Origin: Histomonas meleagridis 2922-C6/04-290x
Lineage: Eukaryota; Protista; Parabasalia
Reading direction: 5' to 3'
Length of the DNA stretch: 64,000 bases
Assembly: GCA_020184695.1 (NCBI GenBank)
Contig: JAANOX010000239.1
Span: forward strand, 1 to 64,000
Positions 52,312-64,000 of this stretch are shown one piece after another. The notes beneath the pieces are model-generated. The model worked only from the letters and a program-made list of their open reading frames with translations. It was not told where the DNA came from and did not search any database. Numbering within the stretch: position 1 is the first letter of the stretch; the number at the start of each line of letters is the position of its first letter. Position numbers and translations under genes: made by a program.

Positions 52312-54741
52312 TTACTTTACTTGTTGCATAATGTAATCAGCAGCACTTAAGAAAGTTGTTACCTCGAATTTTTCCTTAGCCTCCAGTAATCTTACGGACT
52401 CTTCTGCGGACATCAAATAATTTTCGAGGTATTTACACAGCGATGCCAAATTTGGCAACTTTGTTCTCAAAAGTGCGTACACGAAAAGTGGCAAAAAGTC
52501 ATCGCCGGGGCACCCCTCACCTGCCTCAAACAAGTAAATGTCATGCAACACGTCCATACTCATTCCTATTTGCTCTAAACGTTCCAAGGGGGCCCCAGCC
52601 TGGGTACCCTTGTCCAATATATGTACCACTGAATCGAAACAAGAAGGCGTATTAAATAGTTGTGTTAATACACTTGAATATTTTTCTTTCATGAAAGCCT
52701 TCATAATTTTATCATAAGCAGCAGTTACTTTTTTATCTTCTTTCACTAAATCCTTATTAACGTTTAAGAAATTAGCGAAAGTTAACATTTTTAATAATTC
52801 GGAATGGAATTGCCGAGTTAATTTCATATGATGTTGTTGATCAAGTCCTAATGACTGAGCGAATGCAATAATTTTTTGGTTCATTGGAATTAAGAAGTCA
52901 TTCCATTGTTTCGGCTGACTTAAAAATGTTTTCTTATTTCGTTCTATTTCTTGTTTCACATCTTTATTCCGATGGAAGAACAAATGTAATAAAGCTTGAT
53001 GAATGATTGGTACTAATTGTGCATTCATTGATGCTGCGCCTTTCGATATTTTACTTAATTGTTCATAACATTCTTGTAACTCGAAGTTTAATGCTAATTC
53101 TTCAGAACACTTTTGGATTCCTGCTGTTACCATATTTGATACACTATTTAAGATTTCTTTTTCTGGTTTCTTACATCGAATAATTTTGTTTTCGATTGCT
53201 TGCGTCTTTGTTAACATTTCTGTTGATGAGTTTTGTAATGCTCTTTCTTTTTGATATTTAAGGAAATCTAATAAATTATTGGGAGCATTTGGATCTGGTC
53301 GTATGTCTTGTAAATAATTAATCAAGTGTGAAATAATTTTATAATATTCGTCTTTTTGTAATGGCTTAACTTTGACTTCCATTATTGGTAATACTAATTC
53401 AACGACTTCTGTCTTGGACTTGACAATGACATCTGATGGAATTTCTGGTAACTTAAAACTATGATACCAAAAATCAATAAGTTCATCAGTCTCTAAATTA
53501 AGTTGTGATTGGAATGAACATAATGAAAGTAATTTATCTTTGTCTGATTGCTTGTATTCAATATGATCAATACTGTCGGAAATGATCTTAGAAATAAATA
53601 ATACATCATTAGCAGAGGTAAGTAGTAAATTAGAACGAACATTAGTGACTTCTTGTAACTTCTTGGAATAAATGCCAGTCACTTCACCGGAAAAGTGCGA
53701 TAAACGGTCGATGATGCGCTTGACACCAAGTGTCTTGAAGCCTTCGCACTTATTAAGGACATCAGAGAACTTTTGAAGGATGGTAGAGGGATTAATGGAC
53801 CACCTAAAGAGACGGGTAAAGGTTGTGAGTGATAAAGTTGGTGTAGCTGCAGTTTCAGGAATTAACGCATATAATTTCGGATTAAGAAGAGCAGGTTGAA
53901 GTAAGTAATCAAAAAACATAAACTCAATAAGGGTGTCTGCATCATTAAAAGTGGAAATTACTTTGAAGAAATATCTAATAATTGTTGGCATATGTGATAA
54001 AGAGCTAAGGAGATCTTCAGTAAACTTTTTAACATATCCAACAAGGATTTGAATTTGTTCAGGTGAGTCAACAGGAGCTTTAGCAAGTTCTTCATCATTA
54101 ATTAATGTCCAATAATCTGTGGATAAGGCTAATTGAAGATACTTTTGAACACCTGTCATATGCATAAACATACGGATGATCTCCCTAATAAATGAATTAC
54201 GAAATTCATAGGATGTAACAGATCCACAATATATAATTTGAAGCTTTAAAAGATCGCAAAGTGTATGAACATAAGCAACAGCTTCTTCCACACACCAGCA
54301 GTATCCAAATAATGATGGAAGTGTTGATGAAGCGAAAAATGATAATGGCTTATCACAAGGATTATAAGGTAATTTGCTGCTTGGGCGACTGAAATAATAG
54401 TTAACACATCTTAAAAATAGTGGTAAGTGACTATTAAAGGCTTTGAGGAAACTATTGATTTTTAAGGTGATTGATGAACTAAACGGTAAATTGGATGGGC
54501 TTTCATATACCTTATGATCTTCTCTTTTGTAAATCGATGAATGAAGGAATTGACTGACGTCAGACATTGAAAGCCTTGGATACCACGTATCTAGAAAACA
54601 AAATGATCGAAGATCTGAAAGAAGTTTTCTAATGGTTGTATCAAGCATCTGACGTTGACGACTAACGTCGTCAGAGAGCATGGATTGTAATTGCTTTTCT
54701 TGGATGATTTGCTGGTGGATGTAGTGGAACGAATTATCCAT
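52312..54741 (-). CDS. RasGAP-like plus VPS9 domain protein (GAPVD1/Gapex-5-like Rab5 GEF), 809 aa
   Basis: C-terminal VPS9 motif PGDDFLPLFVYALLRTKLPNLASLCKYL...FEVTTFLSAADYI; RasGAP-like IIRYFF...FFDYLLQPALLNPKLY. Confidence 0.8.
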   Translation of the reverse strand: MDNSFHYIHQQIIQEKQLQSMLSDDVSRQRQMLDTTIRKLLSDLRSFCFLDTWYPRLSMSDVSQFLHSSIYKREDHKVYESPSNLPFSSSITLKINSFLKAFNSHLPLFLRCVNYYFSRPSSKLPYNPCDKPLSFFASSTLPSLFGYCWCVEEAVAYVHTLCDLLKLQIIYCGSVTSYEFRNSFIREIIRMFMHMTGVQKYLQLALSTDYWTLINDEELAKAPVDSPEQIQILVGYVKKFTEDLLSSLSHMPTIIRYFFKVISTFNDADTLIEFMFFDYLLQPALLNPKLYALIPETAATPTLSLTTFTRLFRWSINPSTILQKFSDVLNKCEGFKTLGVKRIIDRLSHFSGEVTGIYSKKLQEVTNVRSNLLLTSANDVLFISKIISDSIDHIEYKQSDKDKLLSLCSFQSQLNLETDELIDFWYHSFKLPEIPSDVIVKSKTEVVELVLPIMEVKVKPLQKDEYYKIISHLINYLQDIRPDPNAPNNLLDFLKYQKERALQNSSTEMLTKTQAIENKIIRCKKPEKEILNSVSNMVTAGIQKCSEELALNFELQECYEQLSKISKGAASMNAQLVPIIHQALLHLFFHRNKDVKQEIERNKKTFLSQPKQWNDFLIPMNQKIIAFAQSLGLDQQHHMKLTRQFHSELLKMLTFANFLNVNKDLVKEDKKVTAAYDKIMKAFMKEKYSSVLTQLFNTPSCFDSVVHILDKGTQAGAPLERLEQIGMSMDVLHDIYLFEAGEGCPGDDFLPLFVYALLRTKLPNLASLCKYLENYLMSAEESVRLLEAKEKFEVTTFLSAADYIMQQVK

Positions 54742-54955
54742 TGCAACTTTTTACCCTTGTGAAAAGGGTAAAACAGCAAGTTGTGTTATGACGAAAAGCT
54801 TTTCAAAAATGAAAAACTTTCAATAGGAAATTCAAAAAATGAGTTGTCGTTTATCCTCAGAAATAATTTTCAGACGAGACGATAGAGTTTTGAATGTGTA
54901 CGTTCGGAATTCGTCACATTGTTTATGTCAGTTTTATTATTAAACGTTCCTTAAT

Positions 54956-55219
54956 ATGGAAGATCTCAACAGACAAATAGATATTTTAGATTCAAGAATT
55001 CAAGACACAGCTAAATTTGCTGCCGTTAGAGAAGGAAAACTTAATGAAGAAATTTCAAGTCTTAAAACACAGATAGAAATGCTAAAAACATATCAAAAGA
55101 ATCTTGATAAATGTATTCAAAAGATTGCACTCGTGCACTCTCAACTTACAGCATTGCCTAACTATAAACTATCAAGATCTGATGTAGATGAAGTAATTCG
55201 TTTAGTTTCAAATTTATAA
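54956..55219 (+). CDS. Small coiled-coil hypothetical protein, 87 aa
   Basis: ATG-initiated ORF with a heptad pattern. Confidence 0.5.
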   Translation: MEDLNRQIDILDSRIQDTAKFAAVREGKLNEEISSLKTQIEMLKTYQKNLDKCIQKIALVHSQLTALPNYKLSRSDVDEVIRLVSNL

Positions 55220-55484
55220 GCATTCATCGGTTACATTTTTATAACGTAAAGTTTTATGAACGTCATGGCACATATTTTGTATAATGTGGGAAACAGTAAT
55301 TTTTAAGCATCATTGTATTTAGCAAAGATTTCTAAAAACCAGACATGTCTTTCACTTTTTCACAGGAAGAAAACGTTTTGACGTGTGTCCAACGGTTGAG
55401 TTTTATGCTGGGTCACATCACCTGGCATATCAGTGTAATGTCAAAATTGTCCTTAAATTTGAATTAAAAAGTGCTATCATCAAA

Positions 55485-55490
55485 TCACTT
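55485..55490 (+). promoter_or_regulatory. Trichomonad-type initiator (Inr) TCACTT upstream of actin
   Basis: Matches the TCA(+1)YTW Inr consensus, 14-19 nt upstream of ATG 55504. Confidence 0.55.
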
Positions 55491-55503
55491 CACATTTATT
55501 CTG

Positions 55504-56634
55504 ATGGCTGAAGACGAAGTCCAAACATTAGTTATCGATAATGGTTCCGGTATGTGCAAGGCTGGTTTCGCTGGTGATGAAGCACCACGCTCAGTTTTCC
55601 CATCCATTGTTGGTCGTCCAAAGTATGTCCAAACAATCGCAGGTGGTCAAAACAAGGATACATATGTTGGTGATGAAGCATGTGCTAAGGCAGGTATCCT
55701 TATCCTTAAGTACCCAATTGAACACGGTATCGTTACCAACTGGGACGATATGGAAAAGATCTGGCACCACACCTTCTACAACGAATTACGTGTTGACCCA
55801 GCTGAACACCCAGTTCTTCTTACAGAAGCCCCAATGAACCCAAAGGCTAACCGTGAAAAGATGATCCAACTTCAATTCGAAACATTCAACGTTCCAGCAT
55901 TCTATGTTGGTATCCAAGCCGTTCTTTCCCTTTACTCATCAGGTCGTACAACCGGTATCGTTTTCGATGCAGGTGATGGTGTTTCCCACACAGTTCCAAT
56001 CTACGAAGGTTACTCCCTTCCACACGCCATCATGCGTATCAACCTCGCCGGTCGTGATCTCACAGCCTACCTCCAAAAGATCCTCAACGAACGTGGTTAC
56101 ACCTTCACAACATCCGCTGAAAAGGAAATTGTTCGTGATATCAAGGAGAAGCACGCATATGTTGCTCTTGATTTCGACGAAGAAATGAACAAGGCCGCCA
56201 CAACATCCGAATGCGACATCTCATACACACTTCCAGATGGCAACGTCATCACCATCGCCAACGAGCGCTTCAGGTGCCCAGAACTTCTTTTCAAGCCACA
56301 CTTCAATGGCTTCGAATTCGAAGGTATTGACCAAACCCTCTTCAACTCCATCATGGCATGCGATATCGATGTCCGTAAGGATCTCTACGCTAACATTGTT
56401 CTCTCTGGTGGTACCACAATGTTCGAAGGTCTCCCAGAACGTATGGAGAAGGAAATGGTCCGCCTCGCACCACCAACAATGAAGATCAAAGTCGTCGCCC
56501 CACCAGAACGTAAGTACGCAGTTTGGATCGGTGGCTCCATCCTTGCCTCCCTTGCCACATTCCCACAAATGGTTATCACACGTGACGAATACAACGAAGC
56601 TGGTCCAGGAATTGTCCACCGCAAGTGCTTCTAA
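55504..56634 (+). CDS. ACT: Actin, 376 aa from ATG 55504
   Basis: [71 protein letters not shown] and VHRKCF. Confidence 0.98.
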   Translation: MAEDEVQTLVIDNGSGMCKAGFAGDEAPRSVFPSIVGRPKYVQTIAGGQNKDTYVGDEACAKAGILILKYPIEHGIVTNWDDMEKIWHHTFYNELRVDPAEHPVLLTEAPMNPKANREKMIQLQFETFNVPAFYVGIQAVLSLYSSGRTTGIVFDAGDGVSHTVPIYEGYSLPHAIMRINLAGRDLTAYLQKILNERGYTFTTSAEKEIVRDIKEKHAYVALDFDEEMNKAATTSECDISYTLPDGNVITIANERFRCPELLFKPHFNGFEFEGIDQTLFNSIMACDIDVRKDLYANIVLSGGTTMFEGLPERMEKEMVRLAPPTMKIKVVAPPERKYAVWIGGSILASLATFPQMVITRDEYNEAGPGIVHRKCF

Positions 56635-57239
56635 ACATGCATTGATATGCTTTATTTGTTTTTTTTAACTTTCAACACCGAGTTTCATCACCAATTTATC
56701 CTTTAGTTTTCATTTAATTTCTTGTTCGATACATCGAAATGTTTAATTGACGAATACTAATTTAATCATATTTGGAATAATGCCCACCATGGGCTGGTGC
56801 AAGAATAAAAGAAATCGCATCACTCAATCCTTCAAAAAAGTAGACTGAAAAAAAATACTCTTGGAAAAAATGAGGTTTTAAATTTTTCTTCAATTGAGCT
56901 ATTTCCCAATTTTTAGAACCTAGAAAGGTGTTACCAAGACTGTTAGACGCAACAAAAGCAAAATCTGTAACAAATTTGATAACTTAATCGGTTCTTTTCT
57001 ATTTAACGTACATAAGCAACCGTTTATTTACATTCTTTTAGGATTCAAATCGCTCAAGTTTTTGAATATATACGATTTTTAGTAAATTTGACTCAATCGT
57101 TGAAATCATATAAAAAGCAGTTTAAATTGTCAGACATGGTATAATACATTCAATTTTTATTTTTCAGAACTCGTAAATTTTTTGACTAAGTTTGTCTGAA
57201 GTAAATCACAAGTTAAAAAACGGATTCGTCAGAAAGCTT

Positions 57240-58643
57240 ATGTCCAGTTCTTGCGCCTCAGAAGAAAGCAACGACAAACTTATCGATGACTGCAGAGTAC
57301 TGTTAGGCTCTCAAGACTGGAATTCATTTGCTTCTCTATATAAAAAAATTTCCAAAATTGAATTTATTGAAAGTAACCCAAAATTTATGATGTTGAAAAC
57401 AGATGCAACCAATGCCCTTATTGAAAAGCTGGAGTCTATTACAGAATATGAGCAGTATCAAGTTTTTCTTAGATTCTTAGATATTGTTGTAAATGATAAG
57501 AAGATGCTTTGGGAAGTAATGCACACACAAATGAAACCGATTTTAAAAGTAACAGTACATCAAGCACAACTTATTGCTGCCACATATTTCAAGCCGAGCA
57601 TGTTATTTGAATTTGGAATAAGTTCTTTTCTTCATTCAAGTACTTGTGATTTCGCTAGCATTACAAACGAAGAAGCACTTGTTGATGTTTTTTATGGAAT
57701 TATCGGTTTTATCAATGGTTGTGATCTTGACAAAAAATATGAAACCTCGAACAAAGAATATCTTGATTTCACGCTCAAACTCTTACAAATTTTTATTCAC
57801 TTCGAGGACTTTGATTCTTACCGCTTTGTTTGGGTCATAGAGGCCATCAAAGACAACTTCCGCATTGCAACATCAACTTTCCGAACGATGTGTGAAAAAG
57901 TTCTCGAAGAGTATTCAAAAAGTGAAGATAAGCGACCGTTAAACAAGCTACACAAGTTATGTGTAATATCAACTTCACCTTTTCTCTGTAATTTCCCGAT
58001 TGTTAAAGAAACAATTGAGAATGAGTTTAAGCTTCAAATTATAGCGCAACGAAAATTTTCGCGCAAATATGTTTTCAGTTGTTTTTCAACAATCGATTGG
58101 AGCACTCGATCTACTGTCTCCACGACAATACCGTATAAGTCTTGGAGACTTTTCCTTGAAAACCTAAACGCTACGATTCAAGAAAAGCCGGAACTACCAA
58201 TTTTAATTCTTGCAGATTTCATCAATGATTCGCTAACAGCTTTTAATGGGATATATGGAGTTGCACAGCCAACACGAGAAAGGTCAGTGATCTTAAGGAT
58301 GGACATCTTTGCGATTGTCGATTCAATTGTTCAGTTCTATCCGATGGAAATGGACGAAACGATCTTGAACAAGATTTGGTACTTGTTATACATCGCGGCA
58401 ATAAGCGGCGCGACAGTGAACGAGCTCGAAGAAATCGAATACTCAGAGGCGCCAGAGCCAAGTGACCCATTGCTTGGTTTGGAAAGGAATGCGACGGGAT
58501 TTATCGACTACAGAAAGGCGCTTGGAAGGCTCGGACAGAAGTTTAAGGACGAGAAGGAATCGTTGGAACTGATGATTAAGTTCATTCGCCAAAACTACAA
58601 ATTCGTACAAAGAAATACAGCGCCACCACCGCATGAGGTGTGA
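57240..58643 (+). CDS. Hypothetical helical protein, 467 aa from ATG 57240
   Basis: Long ORF; no recognised motif. Confidence 0.65.
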   Translation: MSSSCASEESNDKLIDDCRVLLGSQDWNSFASLYKKISKIEFIESNPKFMMLKTDATNALIEKLESITEYEQYQVFLRFLDIVVNDKKMLWEVMHTQMKPILKVTVHQAQLIAATYFKPSMLFEFGISSFLHSSTCDFASITNEEALVDVFYGIIGFINGCDLDKKYETSNKEYLDFTLKLLQIFIHFEDFDSYRFVWVIEAIKDNFRIATSTFRTMCEKVLEEYSKSEDKRPLNKLHKLCVISTSPFLCNFPIVKETIENEFKLQIIAQRKFSRKYVFSCFSTIDWSTRSTVSTTIPYKSWRLFLENLNATIQEKPELPILILADFINDSLTAFNGIYGVAQPTRERSVILRMDIFAIVDSIVQFYPMEMDETILNKIWYLLYIAAISGATVNELEEIEYSEAPEPSDPLLGLERNATGFIDYRKALGRLGQKFKDEKESLELMIKFIRQNYKFVQRNTAPPPHEV

Positions 58644-59099
58644 TGTTAACTGGTTTCTACTTTGTTTTCACCGGTTTAATCAGATTAGTTATATCTGTTG
58701 TATATTAAAATTTATCCTTTTGTACACTATAATTATAATTTGCTTTCGAGTTGCTCAAAATTTATTTCTTAAATATACTTTTGATCTGCATTTGGAAATT
58801 TGCTTCTACATTTTATAAGTTTTCGGTTACTCGATTGTGAGCTTTACTCATACGATATTCTTTAATGTTGAGTATGTTATTGACCATTTCAGATACATAC
58901 TGTATAAAAATGGAATTAATAATATTTTATATTTTGAATAATTATTGAATGCAACAAGTTATATGAAAATATTATAATATTATAATTATAGAATTATACA
59001 AATTTATTAATAAAAAATATCTTTCATATAAAATTTCATGAAATAATTATCATTGTCTTCGTCTTGCTTCATCTTTAAATTCTTAAGAAAACAACTTTA

Positions 59100-59215
59100 A
59101 GTACTGTTGCACTTAGGGGATACTTGTTATTACTAGAATTAATTCTCAAAAAAATTGGTGTCGAATGTTTTTACGATTGTTCTAATTTAAAATCTATTTT
59201 TTCACCCTTAAAATT
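59100..59215 (+). pseudogene. Tiny decayed BspA-like LRR remnant
   Basis: Reads ...LKKIGVECFYDCSNLKSIF, a single LRR_5-type unit with no surrounding ORF. Confidence 0.45.
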
Positions 59216-59289
59216 AAGATAATAAACGAAATTTCAAATCTCATACAAAAATTAAAAATACACATTATAAAAAGGAATTGATGATCATT

Positions 59290-62200
59290 TTATTCGTTTG
59301 GCTCATATTTCAGTGTATTTGTTTCAAATTCACTGATTTCATCACTTTTCAAGATTAATTTGGGATCCTTGAGTATATATCTGCACCCGTATTTAATTGA
59401 TGTAACGCATCGAGGTCCATGTTTATCAAATTGATAATCAGATGCATAAATTGGTAAAAATTGAACAGATTTTCTATTGATTCCATTATAATAGTTATTC
59501 ACACGCCACATTTCCTTCTTATAAAATAATTTATTTACGCCCCAATGAAAATAATTCTCTGATAATATAAAAGCATTTAACATTTGTACATTTTTCGGTA
59601 AGACTGTTAAACTCTCACCTTCTTTAAAGGACGTGATAAAAATTGTGTTTTCTCCTTGTGTAGATTCGATCTTGTGAAGTTCTTCTTCATTAATACCTTT
59701 AGCATAGATGAAACTTATTTGTGAAGGAAGTGTAGTTGTTCGTTTTTTGGCGTAGCGTTCAAATCTTGTTATCACTTTTGATAAATCAACATTTTCATGA
59801 AGTATCATATATTTATCATCTTTTGCATCAAGTTTTATTCCAGTTAAAGATTGAAAAAGAAGTGTTGAATCATGATTCGGTTGATCATAAAATATATATA
59901 AAGGCTGATCACTTTTAACTAATCTTTTTGTAAATCTATTCATATCAATTACACTAAATTTTCTTTCTCTAATGTTTCTTTCCCAAATATAAGGATAAAA
60001 GGTTGTTGTTAAATCATTTTCAAGTTTTTTATATACTGAATTAATGTAATTATCTTCCATTATCAATCCTAAAAAAGCACTACCGAATACAATTCTTGCA
60101 AGATTCCCAATAACTGGAATAAATCCAACTGCTCTTTCTATTACTTTGTATGCTGTAATATGCCATCTTTTATTGGTTAAAAACTTTTGATGTGACATTG
60201 TGTTTTGCCATTCTGCTTTGTTTGCATTAAAATATGAACACATATCACTTTTAATTTCCCATACATATTGGTTAAAGTCAAAGAATGGTATTTCATCATT
60301 CCCTAAAATGTATGGTAATATAATATCTACATAAAGACTAATTAATATTTCTAATTTCTTTACGATATCTTCTGGATTTTCAGATTCAAAATTTGATCTC
60401 ATTTTTTTTATAATAATTGTATTAAGAAGCATACAACACGCACAACAATGCCTAAGCGATGAGTCAAGTGTATTTGGTATTTTTTTGTTTTCAAATTTCA
60501 AAACAAGATTCATAAAGTTCATAAAGTATGGATCAAATAATGGATAAGAACTATATGTCAGTGCTTGTATGTATTGGGAGGGGTAAAGTTTTACTTTAGG
60601 TATGGAACTCAAAATATAATATAAGCTTTGGTACACTGTATTAACATAACCAGGATAATTATATGCAGCATTTCCGAGTGGCAATGGCATTAATGAATCT
60701 GGCCTATAAAGGTTTTTTGCAATATTATGCTCATGCCACCATAATTTTGTAAATTCTGAAATATTTTCTTTATATTCTTCAGGATCCTTTAAATGCAAAA
60801 CATTCTCTAGGTCTCGATAATTTTTCACAAGAAAATAAACTTTTGATAATGAAAAAGATGAAGAAAGTTGAGCACGACGAATTGTTGTTAATATTGTTTT
60901 CATATCATCAACTTTATCATTGAAATTAGATACAGTTAGACATATTGTTGTTATTGATGTAAATACTGCATTAACTTTATCCAATACTGGTTTAAGATTT
61001 AATTCATAATCTTCATCGCCAATACTCTGCGAATCAATGAAAAACATCGCCGTATCCTTATTAACATCAAGTGAATTACATTTCTCTTTAAGTTGGCAAT
61101 AATCATCATCAAGCCTATTAATTAAATCAGAAACAATATATGGACCATCAATTAAAAATCCTTGTGTTTGACTTTTTATACCTTTTCCTGCATAAAATGC
61201 TGCGTTTCCTGTAAGTGTCCGAAGAAATGTAGATTTTCCTGATTGATATGGTCCAAAGAGCATCACCAAAACAATTGGTCTATCTCCTGCTCTTTTTAAA
61301 ACAGACTCAAATACATCTAATAATATTGGATAAGTTCCTTTTTCATTCCATGGGTGTGGTTTGCCAGGAAGTTCAATTAAAGGTGTTGGAATAATAAAAT
61401 TATTTAATGGACAGAATACTGAATCCAATAATTGATTTTTATATGTGTCAAGAACTGATCTATTAACTTTTAAATCATCAAGGCCATTATTTATCTCCCT
61501 AAATATATCCTTTGATTTTGGCCTTTTACTTGGATCCTTTATATTGCATTTAATAAATATTTTTTTGTATAAATCCGGAATTCCAGAAGCAATTTGAGGG
61601 GGATTACCATCCGCGATGTTCTCATTAATTTGTTGAATACTCAAACCTTTATAAGGAGGAGATCCAGAAAAAATTTCATTTACAAGAAGCCCAAATGAAT
61701 ATACATCAGTTTTTGGTGAATATTGTCCTCCTGATAAAACTTCAGGTGCAATATATGGAAGTGTAGACATTAGTTCTCCTTTAGGATTTTTATGTGAATC
61801 ACCAAAACCTGCAATAATTGGATGAAAGTAATCATCAATGAGAATATTATCGACTTTAAGATCATGATGTATTATACCTTTCTCATGAAGATAGTTTAAG
61901 CCAGTAGCAATTCCAAATATAATCAGAGATTTTGTAAGTAAATTCCATTCTGAAGGAGGTGAATTAATGATGTCACGTAAAGTACCATTAATATAAAACG
62001 GGGTAATAAGAACTGCCTTTTTGTAATCAGGATTGAGATAAAATCCAACTAATCATTGGACTGCTGGATGCGATAATTTACATAACGTCTTGAATTCATT
62101 AACAAGTGATTATTATGAATCTTCTGTTAAGGCTCTTTTCATTGCAATCATTTGACCTGTGTATTTGATGATTCCTTTATCAATACAAAATTCTCCTTCA

Positions 62201-62292
62201 TGTATATTTTTTTCTAAAATTTCGAACAAGTCAAGAGAATCAATGACACGACGCTGTTCTTCTTTAGTAAATTCTTGTTCTGAAACAAGCAT
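59290..62292 (-). pseudogene. Degenerate protein kinase fused to a GBP/atlastin-like P-loop GTPase; three in-frame stops in the kinase N-lobe
   Basis: One frame from ATG 62292 gives IAMK...E, HHDLKVDNILID, IAGFG (for DFG), YIAPE and DVYSFG, then VMLFGPYQSGKSTFL...TQG...FIDSQSIG. Stops are TAA 62113-15, TAA 62110-12 and TGA 62053-55. Confidence 0.75.
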
Positions 62293-62805
62293 TCGTTGTT
62301 AATGTGAAGTGAGATCCAAACCCCGAAAAATTCTATCAAAATGTTCTGAAAAAATGCCAGTTTACAATGCATTATCGTGCTAATCAAATTGTATACTTTA
62401 TCGAAATCTGATAAAAAAAATTGCCAACCGTTTATTTTGTCTATGTTATCATGATAAAAAAGTGACAATCTGCATTCAAAATTCTAATATCATTATGAAC
62501 GATAGTATTCAAAATTTTATAATAAAAATAAAAATATCTCGTGAAAATCGATATATATATATTTATGCTATATCAATTCTGATCGCAACCATAATTAAAG
62601 GAGGTTATTTCTATCTAATTCAAATGTTCACAAACTATATAAAAATTTATGATTTATCTAAAATTTTGTTGGCTGTCTACATGTTTTTCATTACAGGTCT
62701 ATATAAAAAATTCATTTTTTGTTGAATTAGTGATTAATATAACAAATTCACTTCGAAATAATTCAAATTTGTGTTTTATTTAGTGAATACAATGTAATAT
62801 ATATT

Positions 62806-63999
62806 TTATTCAGCGCCTTTCGTTTGTTTCCATTCTTCATATTTCTTCAATGTATTTTTATCTACAGAACTTTTCCTCAATGCGACGGCTCTTTCGAAGT
62901 CTTCGTCGGTGATGATAACCTTCGCCTCTTCAACGGACAAGTTCACCCATTGGTTCGTATTCAGCAGCGACGTTTTCCTATCGAACACAGCTTGTGCCGC
63001 ATCTCTGCACAAATTCGTAATGTCTGCGCAACTATACCCGTTCAGTCTCTGCGCCCACATCTTCAGATCGAATTCCTCGTCGATCATTTCTCCGATGTTC
63101 ATTCGGAGTATCGCTTCTCGCCCCTCTTCGTCGGGCAATGGTATGTATATTCTCTTTTGGAACCTTCGAACGAGTGCTTCGTCCAAATCCCACGGGAAAT
63201 TCGTCGCCGCGAGAACAAACACTTGGCTGTTCTCTGTGGCGCTGTCGATTCCTTCCAACTTAGTAAGAAGCTGCGCTTTCATTTTGCGGCTCGCTTCGTG
63301 CTCGCTTCCGCTGCCGCGTTGCGAGGCAATGGAATCGATCTCGTCGAAAAAGATGGTCGAAGGCGCCATTTGCTCAGCTAATGTAAACAAATATGAAACA
63401 AGTTTCTCGCTCTCGCCGTGCCACTTGGAGGAGATGGTCGCAGAGGTGACGTTGAAGAAAGTGCGCTTGCATTCGGTGGCAACAGCTTTCGCTAAAAAGG
63501 TTTTGCCAGTGCCGGGAGGGCCGTAGAAGAGAACGGACTTCCATGGCGCAAGAAGACCTTTGCAGATGTCGGGACGCATGGGCAAAATAACAAGGTTCTG
63601 GCGTAGGAGACGCTTGACTTGGGAAAGGCCGGCAATGGAATCCCAGGAAACATTGGGCTCCCGAATAAGAATTCCCATATCGATGATTTGTTGCACAAGT
63701 GGATTGTCAGTGGGATCAAGTGGAGGCTTTTCGTCGTCTTTTTTGGATGGTGCATTGGGGGGTGATGGCTTAGGATTGGATGGTTTGTTTTGTGCTGGTT
63801 TATTATTTTGTGATTGTCGATTAGTTGGGACAGATTGGCGACGACCAAGTTGACTATTTGGAGCACGTACTTGTGAAACTGGTTGTCGACTTGGAGTGAC
63901 TTTACGTGGTTTAGATATATTTACAACTGGCCGACGTTCAGGTGCACGGAGTTCTACTTGTGGATGATCGACATTAGGTGAATGTAAGCGTTGAGGAGG
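62806..63999 (-). CDS. Katanin p60-like (meiotic-clade) AAA ATPase; 5' end lies beyond the window
   Basis: PNVSWDSIAGL, LAPWKSVLFYGPPGTGKTFLAKAVATE, SKWHGESEKLV, TIFFDEIDS, ATNFPWDLDEALVRRFQKRIYIPLP. The frame stays open to 63999 through a Pro-rich linker. Confidence 0.92.
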   Translation of the reverse strand, partial: PPQRLHSPNVDHPQVELRAPERRPVVNISKPRKVTPSRQPVSQVRAPNSQLGRRQSVPTNRQSQNNKPAQNKPSNPKPSPPNAPSKKDDEKPPLDPTDNPLVQQIIDMGILIREPNVSWDSIAGLSQVKRLLRQNLVILPMRPDICKGLLAPWKSVLFYGPPGTGKTFLAKAVATECKRTFFNVTSATISSKWHGESEKLVSYLFTLAEQMAPSTIFFDEIDSIASQRGSGSEHEASRKMKAQLLTKLEGIDSATENSQVFVLAATNFPWDLDEALVRRFQKRIYIPLPDEEGREAILRMNIGEMIDEEFDLKMWAQRLNGYSCADITNLCRDAAQAVFDRKTSLLNTNQWVNLSVEEAKVIITDEDFERAVALRKSSVDKNTLKKYEEWKQTKGAE

Positions 64000-64000
64000 C

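Noticed and set aside
62053-62115. Stop-codon reassignment (TAA/TGA as sense) suggested by in-frame stops in the kinase and Sec7 genes
   Set aside because: Conserved genes end correctly at TAA (actin, coronin, CenH3, alpha-COP), and long intact ORFs need no readthrough.

Overview
AT-rich, gene-dense eukaryotic DNA, inferred to be parabasalid (trichomonad-type) from its BspA-like LRR surface proteins, DUF3447-type ankyrin gene, F5/8-C-like protein and TCACTT initiator. It contains about 25 coding loci: CenH3, coronin, alpha-COP, a RapGAP-family protein, a Sec7 Arf-GEF (broken), a Bacteroidetes-type GH13 amylase, FHIP-like and RasGAP/VPS9 proteins, actin, a pseudokinase-GBP fusion, a katanin-like AAA ATPase, four intact-to-lightly-broken BspA genes plus fragments, and several coiled-coil proteins. 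Duplications include a ~2.4 kb inverted pair and a 447 bp tandem copy. The standout is the ankyrin gene at 42258-45725. By manual parsing, its 3' half is interrupted by 50 AT-rich inserts (48 of 17 nt, 2 of 18 nt) that mostly begin RTT, mostly end T and never end AG. They occur only in the beta-hairpin loop between ankyrin repeats, typically separating single codons with a 20-nt period. Removing them restores one 871-aa ORF with textbook D-x-x-G-x-T loops (KDNYGQTAL, EDQDGNTAL, KNEWGRTAI, KDKYGKTAF). This points to a non-canonical micro-intron/3-nt-microexon, editing or recoding system that I do not recognise. No rRNA, tRNA or CRISPR array was recognised. All parsing was by eye; no database searches were run.
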